NCBI GenBank assembly: GCA_964345775.1
Contig: CAYFSO010000084.1
Span: 1-13,556, forward strand
Direction of reading: 5' to 3'
DNA: 13,556 nt
From: an uncultured Leptospiraceae bacterium
GTDB taxonomy: Bacteria > Spirochaetota > UBA4802 > UB4802
In this document: positions 7,453 through 13,556 of the stretch, one piece after another
How positions within the stretch are numbered: position 1 is the stretch's first letter
Layout of the letters: each line of letters opens with the position of its first letter
Position numbers and translations under genes: made by a program
Notes under the pieces: model-generated
The model's database searches: none
The model's input: the letters and a program-made list of their open reading frames with translations, nothing else
Told to the model about the DNA's origin: nothing

Positions 7453-8280
7453 ATGAACACGGGCGAATTAAAAGAACTGCTGCGTTCCGAGGGCATTCAT
7501 CCCAGTAAGAAGCTGGGACAGAACTTTCTTGTGAACCATGGAATGGTGGAGAGGATCGTTGAGTCATGCAACCTGGGAAGTGCTGACAGGGTGCTCGAGA
7601 TAGGCCCCGGCGCGGGTGCGCTTACGGGACTGCTTGCAGAGAAAGCAGCGCACGTGACCGCCGTTGAGATCGACTCGGGGCTGGTGCGCCTGCTGCGTAA
7701 ACATTTCGGTGACAGGGAAAACCTTGATATTCTGCACGCTGATATATTGAAAACAGGTATACCGGGTGATGTGAACAGGGTTATAGGAAACCTTCCGTAT
7801 TACTGTTCCTCGGAGATCCTTTTCCGGGTGGCGGCACAGGAATCGGTGACCATGGCATGTTTCATGCTGCAGAAGGAGATGGCCCAGCGCATTGCGGCAG
7901 AACCGGGGGACAGCAATTACGGTGCACTTACCGTGAACCTGAAGCTCTATTTTGACGTGGAATATCTCTTTAACATTGACAGGCAGTCCTTTTTTCCGCA
8001 GCCGGATGTTACCTCGACGTTTATAAAGCTTACCAGGATAACACGTGGGCTGAACGAAGAGGAGAAGAAGTTATTTCATGAGCTGGTAAAATCCGCCTTC
8101 TGGGGCAGGCGAAAGACCATAAAAAAGGCCCTTACCGATTCTCCCCACCTTGATTGGACCGTGGATGATGTGGCACAGTTGCTGGAATGGGCAGGCTATG
8201 AAGAAACTGACAGGGGAGAGACACTTGAGATGGAGGACTTCATGTTGCTGGCCCGTGCCGCCTGGGACATGGAACTGTGA
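7453..8280 (+). CDS. rsmA: 16S rRNA (adenine1518/1519-N6)-dimethyltransferase RsmA/KsgA, 275 aa
   Basis: KsgA/Erm-family motifs 'LGQNFL' and the SAM-binding 'VLEIGPGAGALT', and a conserved 'NLPY' catalytic motif (GNLPYY). Confidence 0.9.
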   Translation: MNTGELKELLRSEGIHPSKKLGQNFLVNHGMVERIVESCNLGSADRVLEIGPGAGALTGLLAEKAAHVTAVEIDSGLVRLLRKHFGDRENLDILHADILKTGIPGDVNRVIGNLPYYCSSEILFRVAAQESVTMACFMLQKEMAQRIAAEPGDSNYGALTVNLKLYFDVEYLFNIDRQSFFPQPDVTSTFIKLTRITRGLNEEEKKLFHELVKSAFWGRRKTIKKALTDSPHLDWTVDDVAQLLEWAGYEETDRGETLEMEDFMLLARAAWDMEL

Positions 8281-8281
8281 T

Positions 8282-10678
8282 ATGACTGAAAAGACCATTG
8301 AAAAGATATTATGCAGGGTGGAAAAGCCCGCCCGGTACATGGGGGGTGAGTTGAACAGCCGTGTAAATAAAGAGGCACTGGTGCGGATGGGGCTGTGCTA
8401 TCCCGACCTCTACGAGGTGGGCATGGCCAATAACGGCATACAGATACTCTACGACGCGGTAAACGGCATGCAGAACGTGGCCTGTGAGCGGGTTTTTGCC
8501 GTTGCACCCGACCTTGAAAAGGCCCTGCGTGAAGAGAATCTTCGTTTATATACACTTGAAACGTACACCCCCCTCAAAGATCTTCACCTGCTGGCATTCA
8601 ACGTGGCCCATGAGCTCCTTTACACCGGCATTCTGCAGGTGATGGACCTGGGTGGCATACCCCTGCGGTCGGCAGACCGAAAAGAGGAACACCCCGTCAT
8701 CATGGCCGGCGGCGAGTCCGTATCCAACCCGGCCCCCCTTATGCCCTTCGTTGACGCATTTTTCATGGGTGACGGGGAGGAGGGCATAGTTGATATATGC
8801 CGGGTGCTGCTCAATGCAAAAGAAGAAGGCCTTTCCCGTGACAGCCTGCTGCAGCGGCTTGCCGGCATAGAGGGGGTGCTGGTACCCGGCAAAAACAGCA
8901 GGGTGCGAAAGCGGGTATTCAGGTCAACAACAGGCTCTGACCCCCTGAAGCCGGTGGTCCCTTCCATCAGGATCACCCAGGAGCGGGTGGTGGTGGAGGT
9001 AAACCGGGGCTGCCGCAACCTCTGCAAGTTCTGTCACGCCGGCTACTATGAGCTTCCCTACAGGAAATTCTCGTGGGAATGGGCCCGTGACAGGGTGTTT
9101 GCCATGCTCGATAACACCGGCTACGACGAGGTTTCCTTCGCCTCCCTCTGCCTGAACGATTACCGCCACCTGGTGGAGCTACTCAACGGGGTACTGCCCG
9201 GTCTCACCGGGCGGGGCGTGTCCGTTGCCCTGCCGTCCCTGCGGGTGGAACCCGAAACGGTGCCGGTGATCGAGCTGGTGTCCGACGTGCGAAGGGCCTC
9301 GCTCACCTTCGCGGTTGAGTCGGCTACCGACCAGCTGCGCAGGATCGCCTTCAAGCGGCTGCATACCGCTGATATAATATCCATTATACAGGAGCTTTAC
9401 AACCGTGGCTGGCAGCGGGTGAAGCTCTATTTCATGATCGGCCTGCCCGGCTACCGTGACCATGACGAGGCGGACGATATTATTGAACTGTTGAACGAGA
9501 TATACAGCATCGGAAAGAACCGGCTGCAGCTGAACGTCACCGTGTCCCCCTTCGTGCCCAAGCCCCATACCCCCTTTCAGCTGGAGGAACAGGCCAACAC
9601 CGCCTACCTGCGTGATACAATACAGCGCATAAAACGGGGTGTGCCCCGAAAGATCCAGGTGAAAAATCACGACGTGTACCATTCCCTGCTGGAGGGGGTG
9701 CTCTCCCGCGGTGACGGCAACCTTGCCGACGTAATAGAGGATGCCTACCGGGCGGGAAGCAGGCTTGACTCGTGGTCGGAGTATTTTTCTTTCGCAACAT
9801 GGGAGCAGGCCCTTGAAACCCGTGTCCCCGGCTGGCAGGAGTACCTCAACAAGCGTATGCAGGACGGGAACCCGTGGGACGTGGTTGAAACCGGCTTCGA
9901 GAAGCTGGTGGCGGCAAAAGGCCGCTCAACCTGGGACGGAAACTCCCTGCCCCGGTCATTCAACACAGGAAAGGACACGCTGAACAAAGAGGCGGTGCAG
10001 CAGGCCATGCGAAAGTTCGAGGAGAAGTACCGGGTTGAAGGATGCGTGCGCCTGTCACTCTCCAAGACCGGCATGTCCCGTTTTATACCACATATCGACT
10101 TCATGGAAATACTGAAGCGGGCACTTCGCATGGCGCACGTGCCGGTGTCCTTTACCCGGGGATTCAACAAGCGTGAGCGTATATCCATGGGGTACGCGCT
10201 GCCCCTGGGTACCGAAAGTGAAGCAGAATTCTGCGACGTGGAGCTGTACCGGTCAATAGACCCGAAATCGCTGCCGGGCCTGTTGAACCCCCTGCTTCCA
10301 CATGGTATAATGGTGACCGATGCCGGCATGGTGGAGGACGGGTCATCCCTTACCGCCGACGTGTCATACATGGAGTACCTGGTTACCACGGAAGACGCGG
10401 GTACGGCCAGGAAACTTGTCTCGGGCATGGAAAAAAGACCCTCATTTGATAAGAAAACCAAAAAAGGGTTGAAGACGGTGGCCTTCGATGATGCAATACT
10501 GCACTGGGGCCCGGTAGAAGGCGGTGTGCTGCTGCATCTCCCGGCAGGTCTTTCACAGTCAATACGTGCCGACAGCATCGTGCTGCAGGTGACAGGGCAT
10601 GATGATCTTTCGGCATTCAGAATAATAAAAAGAGCCCAGTTCCGAACATCGGACAGGGGCCCTGCTCAGGTCAGTTAA
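8282..10678 (+). CDS. Fused radical SAM protein: N-terminal TIGR03960-like radical SAM domain (CxxxCxxC = CRNLCKFC) plus C-terminal DUF2344/TIGR03936-like domain, ~798 aa
   Basis: N-terminus 'EKPARYMGGE' typical of the TIGR03960 family as recalled. The radical-SAM cysteine triad is at 'NRGCRNLCKFCHAGY'. The C-terminal ~200 aa (RLSLSKTGMSRFIPHIDFMEILKRALRMAHVPVSFTRGFN…) resemble DUF2344 proteins, which are usually encoded by a separate adjacent gene. Start set to ATG 8282, one nt after the ksgA TGA; the track's extension to 8150 overlaps ksgA and is rejected. Confidence 0.78.
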   Translation: MTEKTIEKILCRVEKPARYMGGELNSRVNKEALVRMGLCYPDLYEVGMANNGIQILYDAVNGMQNVACERVFAVAPDLEKALREENLRLYTLETYTPLKDLHLLAFNVAHELLYTGILQVMDLGGIPLRSADRKEEHPVIMAGGESVSNPAPLMPFVDAFFMGDGEEGIVDICRVLLNAKEEGLSRDSLLQRLAGIEGVLVPGKNSRVRKRVFRSTTGSDPLKPVVPSIRITQERVVVEVNRGCRNLCKFCHAGYYELPYRKFSWEWARDRVFAMLDNTGYDEVSFASLCLNDYRHLVELLNGVLPGLTGRGVSVALPSLRVEPETVPVIELVSDVRRASLTFAVESATDQLRRIAFKRLHTADIISIIQELYNRGWQRVKLYFMIGLPGYRDHDEADDIIELLNEIYSIGKNRLQLNVTVSPFVPKPHTPFQLEEQANTAYLRDTIQRIKRGVPRKIQVKNHDVYHSLLEGVLSRGDGNLADVIEDAYRAGSRLDSWSEYFSFATWEQALETRVPGWQEYLNKRMQDGNPWDVVETGFEKLVAAKGRSTWDGNSLPRSFNTGKDTLNKEAVQQAMRKFEEKYRVEGCVRLSLSKTGMSRFIPHIDFMEILKRALRMAHVPVSFTRGFNKRERISMGYALPLGTESEAEFCDVELYRSIDPKSLPGLLNPLLPHGIMVTDAGMVEDGSSLTADVSYMEYLVTTEDAGTARKLVSGMEKRPSFDKKTKKGLKTVAFDDAILHWGPVEGGVLLHLPAGLSQSIRADSIVLQVTGHDDLSAFRIIKRAQFRTSDRGPAQVS

Positions 10679-10750
10679 CAGGTGGACAGCGTGCAATGTA
10701 GTGTAATGGTGTAAAATGGAATATTCTGACAAACAATACAGGAGGAACGT

Positions 10751-11515
10751 ATGAGCAAGTTATGGTATGATCTTGAAGACAAGGTTGCAGTGGTTACCGG
10801 CGGCAGCCGGGGTATCGGACTGGAGATAGCACGTGAGCTTTTAAACCAGAAGGCGAAGGTGGTCATCTGCGGACGAAAGCAGGAGGGCCTCGACGGGGCG
10901 GCAAACGAACTGAAGGGGGGCGACTCCCTGCTGACAGTACAGGCGCATATTGCCAAAGAAGAGGACGTTGATAAACTGTTCGACGCCGCACTTGATAAGT
11001 TCGGCAAGGTTGACATCCTCATCAACAACGTGGGCATGAACCTTCCCACCGGGGGCATTGTTGACGTTGAACTGTCCCAGTGGCAGAAGATCCTGGAATC
11101 AAACCTCACCGGTACCTTCCTGTGTTCACGCAGGGCGGGTAAGATCATGCGTGACCAGAAGTTCGGCAAGATGGTCAGCGTGTCGTCGGTTGCCGGTCAC
11201 AAGGCGTCACCGGGCATGAACGTGTACGGTATTGCCAAGGCGGGCATCGAGATGATGATGAAGAACATGGCCTTTGAGCTTGCCGGCTACAACATACAGG
11301 TGAACACGGTGGCCCCCGCCATGGTGCGCACCGATTTCAGCAAGCCCTTCTGGTCAAACGACGAGATACACGACATGGTGGTAAAGAACATCCCCATGGG
11401 CAGAATAGCCGAGGTTGAGGACGTGGTGAAAGTTGTGCTCTTCCTGGCCTCTGACGGCTCGTCCTTCGTAACCGGCCAGACCATCATGGTAGACGGCGGG
11501 TCCATGGTGATATAA
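10751..11515 (+). CDS. SDR-family NAD(P)-dependent oxidoreductase (FabG-like short-chain dehydrogenase), 254 aa
   Basis: TGGSRGIG cofactor motif, NNVG, catalytic S…YxxxK (YGIAK), and C-terminal 'IMVDGG'. GGAGGA SD lies 5 nt upstream. Confidence 0.85.
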   Translation: MSKLWYDLEDKVAVVTGGSRGIGLEIARELLNQKAKVVICGRKQEGLDGAANELKGGDSLLTVQAHIAKEEDVDKLFDAALDKFGKVDILINNVGMNLPTGGIVDVELSQWQKILESNLTGTFLCSRRAGKIMRDQKFGKMVSVSSVAGHKASPGMNVYGIAKAGIEMMMKNMAFELAGYNIQVNTVAPAMVRTDFSKPFWSNDEIHDMVVKNIPMGRIAEVEDVVKVVLFLASDGSSFVTGQTIMVDGGSMVI

Positions 11516-11654
11516 CGGCAACAAAGAATTGCCACGGAGGCGCAGAGATTCGGAGGATGTCGTTCTTGTTATCGATTTGTTGTTTTATTCGGTTTGGTGA
11601 TGTTAACAGGGGTTCAGGGGATATATGTTTTTATACATTTTCGATCTCCGTATC

Positions 11655-13265
11655 TCAGTGTCTCTGTGGCGAACCCCATTTCAGCTCCATGCAGTCATTC
11701 CCATCCATGTACTTCACCGGGAATTCTTCTGAGTCGGCGGCGAATACCGGTGATTTTCCCCCGGTATCGCCGAGGGCCCTGCGTATCTCCGCCGGGTGGC
11801 GAACCCCCTGTATGGAGGCGGGGTAGCGCATGTTGCCGGTTCCCTGTATCCAGTCCATCCGCAGGCAGTCCCGGAAGAAGGTGTACTGCGCGGGGAATTT
11901 TTCACCAATGTACTCAAGCAGGCCGCCTGAAAGCACACCCCCGTCCTTCTCACTGGTGGACCATCCTCTTGACTTCCAGAAAGCGGCAAGCCTTCCGTAC
12001 ACCTGGAAGGGATCCTCGTTCGAATGCAGGTTTTCAAGCTCCGGCAGGGTGATGGAAAAATGCCCGGAGTTGAAGAGGGAGTTTACAAGTCCTTCAATAT
12101 GGTGCAGCATATCCATTTCTTCACTGTTTATCCACGGGGTTTCCCGTATTTCATAGGGAGGTTCCGGTGAATACCGCATGGAAAGGGCCTCTGCCTGTTC
12201 ACGCATGGCTGTCCCCGGCAGCAGTTTCAGAAAACCCAGCTGCAGGTGATGGGGCCCTATGCCGTAGAGCACGTTGAACGAACTGGCAAGGGACTCAAGG
12301 GTGTCATGGGGAAGTCCCGCCATGAGGTCAAGGTGTACATGAATGCGGGTATGTTTTACCAGGTGCCGTACCCCGTCAAGATGGCTCTCCTTTACGGGGG
12401 GACGTGAAACGGCCTCCAGGGCCCGGTTGTTCAGTGATTGTATCCCAATCTCGAACTGAAACAGCCCGGCAGGCACCTTCTCAAGCAGCCGCAGGTCTTC
12501 ATTGTCAAGCAGGCCGGGATAGATCTCGAAGTGGAACCGTGTACCGGGGGCCCTCTCCAGCAGGTATTGCCATATGGCGCGGGCGTGTTCTTTGTTTGCG
12601 TTGAAGGTGCGGTCTACCAGCTTTACCACGTCGGGGTGCATCGCCAGCAGGCTGTCAATCCCGTCCTTCACCCTGTTCAGGTCTTTGAACTGCAGCTTCT
12701 GGTCTTCCCGGGAGGAGATACAGTAGCCGCACCTGAAGGGGCATCCCCGGCTGGTCTCGTAATACACGTAGCGGCGGGAAAGGCGCCCGGCGTCTTCGGG
12801 TATGTAGGGGCAGGGGATGTCATTGAAGTGGGGGTTTGCCCGGTGTATGATCTTTTCGTCCACCCTGAACCGGTTCTCTGCCAGGCGGTAAAACCCCGCC
12901 TCGCCGGGACCGCAGACAATGCAGTCGATATAAGGATGACGCTCAAGCCAGCGTTCGGGGTTGTAGCTCACCTCAGGGCCGCCAAGCACGATGACCGGCT
13001 TCGGAGTAAGCCCGGCAAGAGCGGGCAGTAGCTTTTCCATGTACCCGGAATTCCATATGTATACCGAGAGGGCCACCACATCCGCACCCAGATGTGCTGC
13101 CTCACGAATGATGTCATCACGCGGTGCCTTGATGGAGTACTCCCGTATAACGAAGTTGTCCCCCGTGCCGGCGCAGTAATTACGCAGGTAATACAGGGCC
13201 GGGTTGGAGTGACTGTACCGGGCGTTCACGGCCAGCAGGAATACGGTTTGGGGTTTGGTGTTCAT
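11655..13265 (-). CDS. B12-binding-domain radical SAM protein (class B-like) with DUF4080-like C-terminal region, 536 aa
   Basis: N-terminal Rossmann-like B12-binding region (LLAVNARYSHSNPALYYL… VVALSVYIWN), radical-SAM triad 'SRGCPFRCGYC', and a long uncharacterised C-terminal extension. No obvious SD. A small ORF lies 37 nt upstream on the same strand. Confidence 0.8.
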   Translation of the reverse strand: MNTKPQTVFLLAVNARYSHSNPALYYLRNYCAGTGDNFVIREYSIKAPRDDIIREAAHLGADVVALSVYIWNSGYMEKLLPALAGLTPKPVIVLGGPEVSYNPERWLERHPYIDCIVCGPGEAGFYRLAENRFRVDEKIIHRANPHFNDIPCPYIPEDAGRLSRRYVYYETSRGCPFRCGYCISSREDQKLQFKDLNRVKDGIDSLLAMHPDVVKLVDRTFNANKEHARAIWQYLLERAPGTRFHFEIYPGLLDNEDLRLLEKVPAGLFQFEIGIQSLNNRALEAVSRPPVKESHLDGVRHLVKHTRIHVHLDLMAGLPHDTLESLASSFNVLYGIGPHHLQLGFLKLLPGTAMREQAEALSMRYSPEPPYEIRETPWINSEEMDMLHHIEGLVNSLFNSGHFSITLPELENLHSNEDPFQVYGRLAAFWKSRGWSTSEKDGGVLSGGLLEYIGEKFPAQYTFFRDCLRMDWIQGTGNMRYPASIQGVRHPAEIRRALGDTGGKSPVFAADSEEFPVKYMDGNDCMELKWGSPQRH

Positions 13266-13302
13266 GGGTTCATGATGGGGTTGGGGTGTAATAATATCAA
13301 TA

Positions 13303-13527
13303 TTATTTCAGGCTTTTAATCTCCTCAATTGACAAACCGGTAATAGAAGATATTTTTTCAACAGGCATATTTTCTTTTAAGAGCGCTTTTGCAGTCTGAA
13401 TGGCTTTGCGATGCATGCCTTTCTGGACTCCTTTTTGCATCCCTTTTTCAATACCTTTTTTAACCCCTTCCTGCATGGCTTCTTTTTTCAATTTCTCGCC
13501 GTATTTTTCCAGTTTCGTCGCAAACAT
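13303..13527 (-). CDS. Small (74 aa) lysine-rich protein with K-G repeat block (KKGIEKGMQKGVQKGM) and C-terminal 'ISSITGLSIEEIKSL' tail. It resembles the C-terminal (DUF4351-like) module of Rpn/'transposase_31' PD-(D/E)XK family proteins. It may be stand-alone or a remnant.
   Basis: GAGGAG SD lies 9 nt upstream of the ATG. No in-frame stop occurs between the ATG and the window edge, so a longer protein cannot be excluded. The C-terminal motif matches the conserved tail of Rpn-family proteins recalled from memory. Confidence 0.45.
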   Translation of the reverse strand: MFATKLEKYGEKLKKEAMQEGVKKGIEKGMQKGVQKGMHRKAIQTAKALLKENMPVEKISSITGLSIEEIKSLK

Positions 13528-13556
13528 GGTTCGTATCTCCTCTACCTGTTTTATTT

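Noticed and set aside
8150-8281. Track's longer 842-aa version of the radical SAM ORF starting at 8150
   Set aside because: It would overlap the last 130 nt of ksgA in another frame with an implausible W/C-rich N-terminus. The family-typical N-terminus (…EKPARYMGGE) begins at ATG 8282.
8196-10616. Numerous 60-280 aa ORFs on the minus strand and alternate plus frames within the radical SAM gene (e.g. 9745-10578-, 9179-9682-)
   Set aside because: Arg/Pro/Ser-rich off-frame translations of a GC-rich gene with clear family motifs in the annotated frame.
1-13556. CRISPR arrays, tRNA/rRNA genes, IS elements or integrases
   Set aside because: None detected. No spaced direct-repeat arrays, no cloverleaf-compatible segments noted in the short intergenic regions, and no transposase/integrase-like ORFs. 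The only mobile-element-related hint is the DUF4351-like small ORF at the right edge.

Overview
This 13.5 kb window is almost fully coding and holds two clearly different gene groups. Minus strand, 128-7158: a tightly packed nitrogen-assimilation island, glnB (PII) -> flotillin/SPFH-family membrane protein -> glnA (GS type I) -> amt (ammonium transporter). Gaps between these genes are only 14-33 nt, a GC hairpin follows amt, and a separately promoted glnN (GS type III) ends at a clean bidirectional rho-independent terminator at 70-100. All these genes carry strong GGAGG-type Shine-Dalgarno sites. Plus strand, 7453-11515: rsmA/ksgA (16S rRNA adenine dimethyltransferase) translationally coupled (1-nt gap) to a ~798-aa fused radical-SAM protein (N-terminal TIGR03960-like CxxxCxxC domain, C-terminal DUF2344/TIGR03936-like domain), then an SDR-family oxidoreductase. 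Minus strand, 11655-13527: a B12-binding-domain radical SAM protein (CPFRCGYC motif, DUF4080-like C-terminus), preceded 37 nt upstream by a 74-aa lysine/glycine-repeat ORF ending in an ITGLSIEEIKSL tail. The observation most worth a second look is a flotillin (SPFH) scaffold gene embedded inside a PII-GS-Amt operon. Next are a shared AAATTGACA-containing palindromic element upstream of both glnB and glnN, other palindromes and repeats in the AT-rich intergenic regions, the ksgA-radical SAM coupling, and the small ORF + B12-rSAM pair. No rRNA, tRNA, CRISPR or obvious mobile element was seen. All protein family assignments come from recognisable motifs and recalled family knowledge, not from a database search.
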